From: an uncultured Thermoleophilia bacterium
Lineage (GTDB): Bacteria; Actinomycetota; Thermoleophilia; UBA2241
NCBI GenBank assembly: GCA_903862845.1
Contig: CAIOZS010000210.1
Span: 2,789 to 66,788, forward strand
Reading direction: 5' to 3'
DNA: 64,000 bases
Part shown: one piece after another, positions 28,034 through 37,355 of the stretch
Position numbering within the stretch: position 1 is the stretch's first letter
How the letters are laid out: every line of letters begins with the position of its first letter
Notes under the pieces: model-generated
What the model was told of the DNA's origin: nothing
The model's database searches: none
The model's input: the letters and a program-made list of their open reading frames with translations, nothing else
Position numbers and translations under genes: made by a program

Positions 28034-28521
28034 GTTGGCTCCTCCTTCTTGAGGAGCTCGTCTACCAGTCGCGAGAGCCGTTCCCCGGTCATGTGGCCGT
28101 GGTACTCGTCGTCGATGAGGACGAGTGGACCCAGGGCGCACGCGCCCACGCAGCTGACCTCCTCCACGGTCAGTGACAGGTCCGGCGTGGTGCCGCCCGC
28201 CGTGACTCCGGTGTCTCGTTCGAGCTGCTCCAGGAGCCGCGGCGCGCCGCGCACGTGGCAGGCGGTGCCCATGCAGACGGTGCAGGTGTGCTCGCCGCGG
28301 GGCTCGGTGTGGAAGCCGTGGTAGAAGGTGGTCACGCCGTACACGTGGGCGGGCGACAGTCCCAGGTAGGACGCCGTCTCCTGCAGAGCGCTCTCAGGGA
28401 GGTAGCGGAGCGCGGCCTGCAGGTCGTGCAGGATGTTCACGAGGTCGCCCGGATCGCGCCGAGGATAGCGCGCCAGGATTGCCGCTACGCGGCCGGTGTC
28501 GCTGGCCTGAGTCTCGCTCAC
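28030..28521 (-). CDS. NuoE-like 2Fe-2S thioredoxin-fold subunit
   Basis: CTVCMGTACHVRG...CVGACALGP motifs. GTG start after GGGAGG. Confidence 0.8.
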   Translation of the reverse strand: MSETQASDTGRVAAILARYPRRDPGDLVNILHDLQAALRYLPESALQETASYLGLSPAHVYGVTTFYHGFHTEPRGEHTCTVCMGTACHVRGAPRLLEQLERDTGVTAGGTTPDLSLTVEEVSCVGACALGPLVLIDDEYHGHMTGERLSRLVDELLKKEEPT

Positions 28522-28537
28522 CTTTGCGCCCTCCCGG

Positions 28538-28810
28538 TCATCCGCCGGCCACCATGGGGAAGATCGAGACCTCGTCACCGGCCTCCAGCGGCGTGTCGAG
28601 CCCCTCGAGGTGGACCACGTTGCGCCCGTTGACGAGGATGATGATCTCGCCGCTGAGCTGGTCGCCCGAGAACACGGCGCGGCGGAAGGCCGTACCGTAG
28701 CGCGCCGCGAGCGACGTCAGCAGCTCGCGCATGCCCGCGGGCGCGTCGTCGATGCGCCGCTCGGTCTCGCCCGCGTAGGTGCGGATGGTGGCAAAGTACT
28801 TGACGGTCAT
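28538..28810 (-). CDS. MoaD/ThiS-family sulfur-carrier-like protein
   Basis: 90 aa with a beta-grasp-like sequence ending in GG. Confidence 0.6.
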   Translation of the reverse strand: MTVKYFATIRTYAGETERRIDDAPAGMRELLTSLAARYGTAFRRAVFSGDQLSGEIIILVNGRNVVHLEGLDTPLEAGDEVSIFPMVAGG

Positions 28811-28875
28811 GCGCGGATCTCCGTGAGGCGCGGTGCCGGGCGGCGTGAGCCGCCCGGCACCGACATCGCCCCTCG

Positions 28876-30678
28876 CTAGAGGGCCAGTTCCTTGAGTTTG
28901 GCCTCGGTGGGCACGCCTTCCTCGTCCCAGCCGCGGAGCTCGTAGTACTCGGGCAGCATGTCGTCGAGGCGACTGACGTGTCCCTTCGACGGGCCGGTCT
29001 TGATCGGCTCGGTCAGCAGGCGCTGCGGCAATGCGTCGTCCGCCTTGGTGAAGCCGGCCGTGAGGTTCCAGAGCCGCTCCTGGTTCCAGATCCGCTCGCC
29101 GATGCGCATGAACTCGTCCAGCGTGTAGTCCACGCCGGTCAGAGCCGCCAGCATCTCGGTGAGCTCGGCGCCGCCGATCCCGAAGGTCGCGAAGAGACAG
29201 GCGCCGCTCGAGTCCAGCGCCGCCGTGAGGTCCTGGAACGTGATGCCCAGCCCGGCCTTGTCGTCGGTCACGTGCGGGTCCATCACGGCGCCGTTCTGCA
29301 GCACCTCGATGGCGATGGTGTAGCCGCGCACGTGGCAGCCGCCACGGTTGCCGGTCGCGTAGTTGAGGCCGATGCCCTGCACGCCACGCGGGTCGTAGGC
29401 GGGCATCTCCTGCTTCTTGCAGGTCATGGAGTACTCCGGGTGACCGTAGCTCTCGGCGAGGCGGTACGAGCCCTGAGCGAGCTTGGCACCGAACCCCTCC
29501 CCTTTGCCGGTCTTGTGCACCATCTCGACCATGGCCGCCGTGTTGCCGAACGTGAGCTGCACCCCATCAGTGTCCTCGGTCGTAATGATGCCCCGCTCGA
29601 AGAGCTCCATCGCGCAGGCCACCGTCGAACCCATCGATATGGTGTCGAGCCCGTACTCGTTGCAGTAGTAGTTGGCTTTGGTGATGGCGTCCAGGTCGTC
29701 GATGCCACAATCGGCGCCGAATGCCCAGGCGGTCTCGTACTCCGGCCCCTCGCCGCTGCCCTTGTAGTCTGGGCTGTCGACCTTGGTGACCCGGCCGCAG
29801 GAGATGATGCAGCTGAAGCAGCCCTTGGGCCGGATCAGCTGCTTGGCGGCGAGCGACTCGCCGCCGGTCTTGTCGGCGGTGGGGAAGTAGCCGTCCTGGA
29901 AGTTACGCGTCGGCAGCGCGCCCGACTGATTGAGGATGTTGACGAGCACGTCGGTGCCGTAGGCCCTGAGGCCGGTGCCGCCGACGGGGTGAGCCTGGAT
30001 CATCTGGCGCGCCTTCATCACGGCGGCCTTGAAGCCCTCGGGGTCGGCGACCTTCACGGCGCCGCTGCCGAATACGGCGACGGCTTTGAGGTTCTTGGAG
30101 CCCATCACCGCACCGACGCCGGTGCGGCCCGCGGCGCGGTGCATCTCGTTCATGATGTTGGCGATCAGGGAGAGATGCTCACCGGCCGGTCCGATGCATG
30201 AGACCTTGGCGTCTTCGTCGGTCTCGGCGCGCACGAGGTCGGTGGTGTCGGGGGTAGTGTGGCCCCAGAGCGCGGCCGCGTCGCGGATCTCCACCTGGTC
30301 GTCTTTGATCCACAGGTAGACGGGCTTGGCGGACTTGCCCTCGATGATGAGGGCGTCGTAGCCCGCGTACTTGAGCTCCGGGCCGAACGTGCCGCCGGAG
30401 TTGGAGGCGGCGAGCACGCCGTTCAGCGGACCCTTGGTGACGACGTCGAAGCGTCCGGCCGCCGGCGCGAACGTGCCGGTCAGAGGCCCCGGCGCGAAGA
30501 CGATCTTGTTGTCCGCGCCGAGAGCGTCGGTCTTGGGGTCGACCTCGGAGCGCACGATGTGGCCGCCGAGGCCGCGTGCCCCGAGATAGTCTCGCGCGAG
30601 CTGCGGGTCGGTGGCCTCACGGCTCACCTTGCCCTTGGTGAGGTCGATGCGGAGGATGGTGCCGGTCCAACCGAACAT
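28876..30678 (-). CDS. Aldehyde:ferredoxin oxidoreductase family tungsten (or Mo) enzyme
   Basis: Full-length AOR signature: the N-terminal domain, the EXXH and GxD pterin-binding regions, and the CxxC...C 4Fe-4S ligands (CFSCIISCGR). Confidence 0.9.
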   Translation of the reverse strand: MFGWTGTILRIDLTKGKVSREATDPQLARDYLGARGLGGHIVRSEVDPKTDALGADNKIVFAPGPLTGTFAPAAGRFDVVTKGPLNGVLAASNSGGTFGPELKYAGYDALIIEGKSAKPVYLWIKDDQVEIRDAAALWGHTTPDTTDLVRAETDEDAKVSCIGPAGEHLSLIANIMNEMHRAAGRTGVGAVMGSKNLKAVAVFGSGAVKVADPEGFKAAVMKARQMIQAHPVGGTGLRAYGTDVLVNILNQSGALPTRNFQDGYFPTADKTGGESLAAKQLIRPKGCFSCIISCGRVTKVDSPDYKGSGEGPEYETAWAFGADCGIDDLDAITKANYYCNEYGLDTISMGSTVACAMELFERGIITTEDTDGVQLTFGNTAAMVEMVHKTGKGEGFGAKLAQGSYRLAESYGHPEYSMTCKKQEMPAYDPRGVQGIGLNYATGNRGGCHVRGYTIAIEVLQNGAVMDPHVTDDKAGLGITFQDLTAALDSSGACLFATFGIGGAELTEMLAALTGVDYTLDEFMRIGERIWNQERLWNLTAGFTKADDALPQRLLTEPIKTGPSKGHVSRLDDMLPEYYELRGWDEEGVPTEAKLKELAL

Positions 30679-30679
30679 C

Positions 30680-31162
30680 TCAGCTCACCTCCTGGAAGGC
30701 ATCCTTGAACTTGGCCGCGTAGGCCTTCTTGCGCGAGCGCACGTGCTGCTCGTCGTCGACGAACTCGAGGGCCCCGTTGGGGCAGAAGGTCACGCACTCG
30801 GGCGCGCCCTGGCAGGTGTCGCACTTGAAGATGCTGCTCGAGGCGGCGTCGTAGCGGGCGTTGCCGAACGGACAGGCAATGGTGCACATCTTGCAGCGGA
30901 TGCAGGTGCCCGCGTCCCAGTCCACGAGGTTCGCCAGCGCGTTGCTGCGATGCATGGCGCCGGTGGGGCAGACGGTGACGCAGGCGGCGTCGTCACACTG
31001 CTGGCACATCATCGGTACCGACATGCCCTCGCGCTCCCAGGTGTACGCCTGCACACGCGAGGCTCCCGGGCGGAACTGGCCCTCGTGCTCGAACGAGCAG
31101 GCCAGCTCACAGTTGCGGCACCCGGTGCACTTGTCCGGGTGGATCATGAGTACCTTGGCCAT
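30680..31162 (-). CDS. 4Fe-4S ferredoxin-type electron-transfer subunit (AorA/BamC-like)
   Basis: Four CxxCxxCxxxCP-type motifs. Strong SD (AAAGGAGGGAGCC-ATG). The stop lies 2 nt before the AOR start. Confidence 0.8.
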   Translation of the reverse strand: MAKVLMIHPDKCTGCRNCELACSFEHEGQFRPGASRVQAYTWEREGMSVPMMCQQCDDAACVTVCPTGAMHRSNALANLVDWDAGTCIRCKMCTIACPFGNARYDAASSSIFKCDTCQGAPECVTFCPNGALEFVDDEQHVRSRKKAYAAKFKDAFQEVS

Positions 31163-31302
31163 GGCTCCCTCCTTTGTGCGTCGACTCCACGGATGATCGG
31201 CAGACCCTGTGATGATGCGGCCGAACGCGGAGGTGGTCGAGTCGACTCGTGGCCACTCTTGCCGCGCGGAAGTGGTCGCGTGCACACCGCGGCGCTCCGC
31301 GA

Positions 31303-32811
31303 CTACGGCAGCCGCCGGTCGAGAAGCTCGGCAGCGCGCAGGCCGAGCTGGACGTCGACGACGTCGTCGAGGTCGTCGAGGTCGATCCCGAGGATCTGCT
31401 CCACGTGCGCCAGCCGCTTCTGGAGCGTGTTGCGATGGATGTGCAGTGCGTCGGCGGTCTGCTGGACCGCGCGGCCGTGGGCGAACAGCTCGTGGAGTGT
31501 CTGGAAGAGACTGGCGTGGTGCTGGGCGTCGTAGTCCAGGAGCGGCGCGAACGTGCGCCGAACGATGCCGGCGAGAGCGTTCTGGTCCAGACCGTCGAGA
31601 AGTCGCAGGTGGCCGGCCAGCTCCTCGAACACGGCTGTGCTGGCAGGAGATGGGCCGCGGCGAGCCGCCATGCAGGCCGCCTTGGCCTGCTGCAGGCTGC
31701 GCGGCGCGCCGTCCACCCCTGCCAGGGGAGCCGAGCACCCGACGACGACCCCGCCGGGCAAGATCACCTTTGCCGCCGCCTCCTGCAGCTCGGCGACCAG
31801 AACCCTCGCCGTGCTCGTCTCGGCGTCGGCGAGTGTGGCGAGCACGAGGGCCGTGGACCCCGACGACAGGCTGAGAAACGGGACCCGGCGTCTGCTCACC
31901 ACGGCGTCGAGGGCGTGCAGGAGTCTGGCGCCGGAGGGTGCTCTTCTCCGCGCGCCGACCGCCGGCCGCGGGGCGGCCGCAAGCGACGCCGGCTCGACGA
32001 CCGCGAGTCGCAGCGTGCCGCTGGTATCGAAACCCTGTTCCTGCATGCGGATGCGCAGCTCCTCCAGGCCGCCTTCACCGGCGAGGATGTCGCGGAGCAG
32101 ACCGCGGCGCACACGTCTGCGCATCCGCAGCTCGTCACGGCTCCGTAGCAGATCGAGCGTGACGAGCTGTTGCAAGAACGACAACGACGCGCCGGCGAGC
32201 TCCGAAGGCTGCCGAGCCGGGGCCACGGCGGCGAGCACGCGCTCGACGCGGTCCATCACGAGGATGTCGCGGTAGAAGATGTGGTCGCCGGCGTTCTCGA
32301 CCCTGCCGAGGTAGCCCGGGACGTTGCGCAGATCCCTGTAGACGGCCCAGAGGCGGAGCGCGAGGCCGGGCGAGCTCTCGGCGCTGCGCGACGAGCACAC
32401 GGTGTGCCCGCGGGTGTCGAACAGCACCATCGGCATGTCGATGAGCGCGGCGACCGTGTCGATGAGCTCTCCGACATCCTTCTGCTGGACGACCAGCTCG
32501 AGCAGCCGGATCTGGAGCGCCGCCGTGCGGCGCAGCGTCTGCATGTCACCGGCCGCCGACGCCTCGGGGTCATCGGCGGTCTCCTCGCCGTCCTCCGCGT
32601 CGCCCAGGGACGCCTCGAGCTCCTCGGTGTGCAGGCGCACCTGGTGCTGCAGCATGATCGTCGTCTGGAAGAGATCGAATCCGGAACCCTGAGGTTTGGT
32701 GCCCGACTCGACGCGGTTCATGAGCGCTTGAACGATCTTGTTGAGCCGCACGATCTCGGCCTCCAGTGCCTGTATGTCCGGGCCGTCGCCCGGCCGCACC
32801 GCGTCAGGCAT
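31303..32811 (-). CDS. PucR/CdaR-family transcriptional regulator
   Basis: C-terminal PucR-type HTH (TLQKRLAHVEQILGIDLDDLDD) with an N-terminal GGDEF-like/sensory region. Confidence 0.8.
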   Translation of the reverse strand: MPDAVRPGDGPDIQALEAEIVRLNKIVQALMNRVESGTKPQGSGFDLFQTTIMLQHQVRLHTEELEASLGDAEDGEETADDPEASAAGDMQTLRRTAALQIRLLELVVQQKDVGELIDTVAALIDMPMVLFDTRGHTVCSSRSAESSPGLALRLWAVYRDLRNVPGYLGRVENAGDHIFYRDILVMDRVERVLAAVAPARQPSELAGASLSFLQQLVTLDLLRSRDELRMRRRVRRGLLRDILAGEGGLEELRIRMQEQGFDTSGTLRLAVVEPASLAAAPRPAVGARRRAPSGARLLHALDAVVSRRRVPFLSLSSGSTALVLATLADAETSTARVLVAELQEAAAKVILPGGVVVGCSAPLAGVDGAPRSLQQAKAACMAARRGPSPASTAVFEELAGHLRLLDGLDQNALAGIVRRTFAPLLDYDAQHHASLFQTLHELFAHGRAVQQTADALHIHRNTLQKRLAHVEQILGIDLDDLDDVVDVQLGLRAAELLDRRLP

Positions 32812-33964
32812 CGCCGGCCTCGGCGGGCCCGGCTCCGAGAGCCACGCCGGTCAGCGTCTGGTTGATGTGAACGCCGCAGAACTGCTCGCCGTAGGTGTTG
32901 AAGCCCACCGCGTTGTGACGTCGCAGCATGTCACTCACGGCCGCGTTGAGGCCGGTCTCCGCGATCTCCAGCTTGCGCAGGATGCAGTCACAGGCGAGGA
33001 CGAGCTCGGGCTCGCCGACCTCCGCCCGGACCCTTGCCAAGGCCTGCTCGAGGTTAGTGACCAGGTTCATTCCCTTGGCCTCCCGGAGAACGACTCCCCG
33101 CTCGATCGCGCAGTAAAAGGTCAGGCTGCCGTCGGGACTGGCCTTCTGGATGGAGCGCACGTAGTTGGCGCCGTCGATCAGCACGACCACAGGCGACGCT
33201 GCGAAATGGATCGGCGAAAGATCCTCCGGGGAGACGCCGAGCAGGCGGGCGTATTCCTGGGCGGCCGGCAGCCCGTTGATCTCCTTCACGACGCGGCGCA
33301 AGGGATCAGCCTCGGTGACGACGAGCCGTTCTTCAGTGGGCACGAAGTGCTGCGTCTTGAACGTCTTCACGCGCAGCGGCGTGGAGACCAGCGTGAGCAC
33401 GGCCGCGTCGCTGAGGAACCGGCCGCCCGAGTAGACTTGTGTGCTGGCGAAGCTCAGAGCATCGCCTGCGGAGCCGCCGACGACAGGGATCTCGCCGAGC
33501 GCCTCCTGGACTGAGTAAGCCAGCAGTTCCTCACGCGCGGAGAGCCCGTCGACGAGCAGGAAGGCGAAACGATGCCAGCCCTCCCGCCCCGGTGTGAGGC
33601 CGTCGATCTCGTCGAGCAGACCGCGGGCGATGGCATGGCCGTCGCCGATCTCGAAGCCCTGCAGTCCTTCGATGGATTGGGTGACGGCGGCGCAGGCGCC
33701 GGGGGAGAAGCTCACTCCGGCGATGCTCCCGTCGAGACAGCCGATCGGCCCGATCTCTCCTGCCGTCGTGCAGCCAATCACCTGGACGCCGGCGAAGCGC
33801 CGCGCCATCTCGCAGGCCAGAACATCGCGGTCGTAGGCGCTCGAGCAGAAGAAGATCACGAGCGACATCGCGGGCTGCGCGACGCCGGCGAAGAGCTCCT
33901 CCACGGCGTCGCGTGGATCGGTGGCGCAGGACTGCGCGGTGCGGATGCCGTGCCGGTCGCTCAT
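32804..33964 (-). CDS. FIST (N and C) domain sensor protein
   Basis: Layout matches the FIST_N and FIST_C domains. Strong SD (GAGGGGAGGGG). It overlaps the PucR start by 8 nt. Confidence 0.75.
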   Translation of the reverse strand: MSDRHGIRTAQSCATDPRDAVEELFAGVAQPAMSLVIFFCSSAYDRDVLACEMARRFAGVQVIGCTTAGEIGPIGCLDGSIAGVSFSPGACAAVTQSIEGLQGFEIGDGHAIARGLLDEIDGLTPGREGWHRFAFLLVDGLSAREELLAYSVQEALGEIPVVGGSAGDALSFASTQVYSGGRFLSDAAVLTLVSTPLRVKTFKTQHFVPTEERLVVTEADPLRRVVKEINGLPAAQEYARLLGVSPEDLSPIHFAASPVVVLIDGANYVRSIQKASPDGSLTFYCAIERGVVLREAKGMNLVTNLEQALARVRAEVGEPELVLACDCILRKLEIAETGLNAAVSDMLRRHNAVGFNTYGEQFCGVHINQTLTGVALGAGPAEAGDA

Positions 33965-34356
33965 GGTGCGTCCCCTCCCCTCATGATCACCCGGCCTCCC
34001 TTCGTGGGCCCTGTCCCATGATAGTCCGCGGAGAGGCGCGTGGGGATGGACGGTCCAGCGCGCGATGGGCTCGGGCCTCCCAGCGCAGCCCGGTCCCACC
34101 GAGCGGCGCGTACTGTGCGTTTGGCAGGCGCTCTTGAGGCGCCGCTCCCCGCGGGTGGGATACATGCCAGGCGGTCTCCATCAGTCGGAGAACCCGGTCA
34201 ACCAGAGCTTCGCCGGTCCGTGGCAGGGACTTCACGGCAACGGCGGCCCGGGTAGGGCCGGCCGCCGGCAGCGTGTACACTAAGAGAACCCGCCCGGCCG
34301 GCGTAGCGCCGCCGGGCGTTCGAGCGTCACTCACCCCCGACAGAAAGACCACGACC

Positions 34357-36315
34357 GTGCACGCCGCCGACACGATTCGCAACCTCGCCATCATCGCCCA
34401 CATCGATCACGGCAAGACGACCCTGATCGACAGCATCTTCCGCGCCGCCCACGTGTTCCGCGAGAGCGCGCACGTCGACGAACGCGTCATGGACAGCAAC
34501 GATCTCGAACGCGAGCGCGGCATCACGATCCGCTCCAAACATTGCACGGTGGAGTGGAAGAACTACCTCATCAACATCATCGACACGCCGGGGCACGCCG
34601 ATTTCAGCGGCGAGGTCGAGCGTGTGCTCAGCATGGTCGACTCGGTGCTGCTGCTGGTCGACGCCAACGAGGGACCCATGCCGCAGACGCGCTACGTGCT
34701 CATGCGGGCGCTCGGGTTCGGGCTGCGACCGATCGTCATCGTCAACAAGGCCGACCGGCCCAACGCGGACCCGTCCGGCGCTCTCGACAAGACCTTCGAC
34801 CTCTTCGTCGAACTGGGGGCAAACAACGAGCAGCTCGACTTCCCGGTGCTGTACGGCTCCGGTCTCGAGGGCTGGATCGTCAACGATCTGGACGAGTACC
34901 AGAAGGAAGAGCGCGAGCGCGAAGAGCACCTCGCCGACGGCGGCACGCTCTCGCCGGCGCTGCTCAAGGAACTGGCCGACGCCGCCATGAACGACCTCTT
35001 CGAGACCATCATCGCCAGTGTCCCGGCGCCGCAGGTCGACCCGGATGCACCGTTCCTCATGCAGATCAGCACGCTTGCCTGGAGCGACTACATCGGCCGC
35101 ATCGGCTGCGGGCGCGTGCTCGCCGGCGGCCTCAAGGTCGGTGACGAGCTGCAGCGCATCACCACGCGGCACCTCGAGATCGGCGATCCGGACGCCGGCT
35201 GGGAGCTCACCGGCGCGTCGCCGGCGCGCGTCACGCACCTCTGGGTCACGCGCGGCCTCGAGAACCGCGAGGTCGAAGAGGTTGCCGCCGGCGACATCGC
35301 CTGGCTTGCGGGACCCGAGGAGATCAGTCTGGGCGACACATTGTCGGCGCCCGAGCTGGAGGCGGCCGGCGTAGCCCTGCCGCCGCTCGAGATCGAAGAA
35401 CCCACAGTCAGCATGTTCTTTCTCGTCAACAACGGCCCGTTCGCCGGCCAAGACGGCCGCCCGGTCACCCTGCGACAGATCAAGGACCGGCTGGAACGCG
35501 AGCTGCGCGTCAACGTCGCGCTCCGCGTCGAGGACCTCGGCCGCCCAGACGGCGTCAAGGTCAGCGGCCGCGGCGAGCTGCACCTCGCGATCCTTATCGA
35601 GGAAATGCGTCGCGAGGGCCTCGAGCTCTGCGTCAGCCGCCCCGAAGTGATCACCCGCCGTGACGCGAAAGGCAAGCTGCTGGAGCCGATGGAGCAGCTC
35701 ATCATCGACGTCCCCGACGAGTACCAAGGCACGGTCATCCAGGAGCTGAGCCTGCGCAAGGGCGAGCTGGTGGCGGTCGAGTCGACCGGCACCGGCCTCG
35801 TGCGCCTTGAGTTCACGATCTCGACGCGCGGCCTGATCGGCTACCGCAACGACTTCCTCACCGAGACGCGCGGCCTCGGCGTGATGAGCTCGCGGTTCAC
35901 CGGCTACGGCCCGTGGCGTGGCGACCTCCCCGGCCGCGAGCGCGGCTCGCTGGTCAGCCAGACCGGCGGCGAAGCGGCCGGCTATTCGCTCGAGAACCTG
36001 CAGAACCGCGCCGTGCTGTTTGTCGGCAACATGACCCCGGTCTACGAAGGGATGATCGTCGGCGAGAACTCACGTGCCGACGACATGCTCTGCAATCCCA
36101 CCAAGCGCAAGCAGCTCGGCAACTACCGGCAGTCGACCAAAGAGATCGACACCGGCCTCAAGGTGCCGCGCCCCATCACCCTCGAGAGCGCCCTCGAATG
36201 GATCGCCGACGACGAGCTCGTCGAGGTGACGCCCAAGACGGTGCGCCTGCGCAAGCACATCCTCAGCACCGAGCAGCGCAAGAAGTTCGAGAAGCACGGT
36301 GCGGCCGACGCTTGA
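34357..36315 (+). CDS. typA: Translational GTPase TypA/BipA
   Basis: G domain ([29 protein letters not shown]) plus EF-G-like domains II-V. The start is placed at the GTG 6 codons before IRN, as in BipA. The ORF is open upstream to 34273. Confidence 0.9.
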   Translation: MHAADTIRNLAIIAHIDHGKTTLIDSIFRAAHVFRESAHVDERVMDSNDLERERGITIRSKHCTVEWKNYLINIIDTPGHADFSGEVERVLSMVDSVLLLVDANEGPMPQTRYVLMRALGFGLRPIVIVNKADRPNADPSGALDKTFDLFVELGANNEQLDFPVLYGSGLEGWIVNDLDEYQKEEREREEHLADGGTLSPALLKELADAAMNDLFETIIASVPAPQVDPDAPFLMQISTLAWSDYIGRIGCGRVLAGGLKVGDELQRITTRHLEIGDPDAGWELTGASPARVTHLWVTRGLENREVEEVAAGDIAWLAGPEEISLGDTLSAPELEAAGVALPPLEIEEPTVSMFFLVNNGPFAGQDGRPVTLRQIKDRLERELRVNVALRVEDLGRPDGVKVSGRGELHLAILIEEMRREGLELCVSRPEVITRRDAKGKLLEPMEQLIIDVPDEYQGTVIQELSLRKGELVAVESTGTGLVRLEFTISTRGLIGYRNDFLTETRGLGVMSSRFTGYGPWRGDLPGRERGSLVSQTGGEAAGYSLENLQNRAVLFVGNMTPVYEGMIVGENSRADDMLCNPTKRKQLGNYRQSTKEIDTGLKVPRPITLESALEWIADDELVEVTPKTVRLRKHILSTEQRKKFEKHGAADA

Positions 36316-36385
36316 CGCGCCCGGCGCGGCGCTTCGCCGGCCGCGAGCGCAGAGTCTCTTCGGCCCGAATCCGTGCCGCTGAGAC

Positions 36386-36856
36386 CTACGCGCTCCTCTT
36401 CTCCCGCACGGTGACCTCCACCTCGCAACCGAGCACCTGCAGCAGTGCCAGCATCTTGTCGACCGACTTGCGGTAGTTAGTCGTGTCGAGCAGCCGGTAG
36501 AACTGCGCCGGCGAGGTGCCGAGCCGGCGGATGATCTCGCGCTTCGAGAGTGATGTCGTCTCGAGGCGGTCGAGCGCCTCGCAGGTCAGGTTGTGGAGGA
36601 GCAGGTCGCGCATGTACCCGGGCTTCTCGTTGTAGTCGAGGACGTGGTCCATCATCACCGAGCCCTCTGCGCCGGAGGCGAGCACGTAGGTGAAGCCTTC
36701 GCGCGCGAGCTCAGGGTCGATGTACAGCTCGACTATCGGATCAGTGGGGCTCGGCGACGGGTCTGCCTTGCTGTAGGGGAAGGGCCACTGCCCGCGCCGC
36801 GTCGCGACCTCAAAAGCGCGTCTGTGGTTGTTGGCCACGACAGACGTGATCTTCAC
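36386..36856 (-). CDS. DUF2442-like domain protein with a C-terminal XRE-like HTH (copy 1, intact)
   Basis: N-terminus PIVELYIDPELAREGF.... The C-terminus (SKREIIRRLGTSPAQFYRLLDTTNYRKSVDKMLALLQVLGCEV) looks like an HTH. It overlaps the DUF4160 gene by 4 nt. Confidence 0.65.
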   Translation of the reverse strand: MKITSVVANNHRRAFEVATRRGQWPFPYSKADPSPSPTDPIVELYIDPELAREGFTYVLASGAEGSVMMDHVLDYNEKPGYMRDLLLHNLTCEALDRLETTSLSKREIIRRLGTSPAQFYRLLDTTNYRKSVDKMLALLQVLGCEVEVTVREKRSA

Positions 36857-37047
36857 AGCCGACCCTCGCTCTCCAGTTTCTCGATGAGCCTGAGCACCTT
36901 GGGGTCTGCGATGCCATGCATGAGCCGGTGCTCCTCCAGATTCGACTTCACGATCAGCCGTTCGCTTCTCAGAACGTGTACGTGTCGGGGCGGGTGGTCA
37001 CCCACCCAGGTGATGAAGACGTACCCGCCGCGGCGGATCTTCGTCAT
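36853..37047 (-). CDS. DUF4160 family protein (copy 1)
   Basis: MTKIRRGGYVFITWVGDHPPRHVHV...: matches the DUF4160 consensus (..F.I.MY..DH.PPHFH). Confidence 0.65.
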   Translation of the reverse strand: MTKIRRGGYVFITWVGDHPPRHVHVLRSERLIVKSNLEEHRLMHGIADPKVLRLIEKLESEGRL

Positions 37048-37355
37048 GGGAAACGATACCTCCGGTGGTAACGCTTGGCAAGGCGCTGATGAACCGAGAG
37101 GGAAGCTTGACGGGTCGAGGCGGTGGGCGCGAGGGGCCGCCGCCGCGGAGAGGGTCACGATGTCGATCGCGAAGGGATGACGTTGGGGCTCCTGGCAGGT
37201 GCGGACCGACCGCGCCGGCCCGTGGCGGCAGACAATGCGGACTCGTCGTCCGCAGCTGCGAACGCCACCGGCACGCCTTGCGTCCAGGATCGGTCTCATG
37301 TGCCGGCCCACTGCGTGGTAGGCTCCGCCCGGGCACGAGACGGGCTGGAGGGAAC

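Larger units (their letters stand above)
36386..37060 (-). repeat. Direct repeat copy 1 (about 0.65 kb) of the DUF4160/DUF2442 module, left boundary of the accessory island
   Basis: About 75% nucleotide identity to 42627-43301 in the same orientation. Confidence 0.55.

Noticed and set aside
26060-28324. A 754-aa plus-strand ORF
   Set aside because: It is antisense to the NuoF-like and NuoE-like genes.
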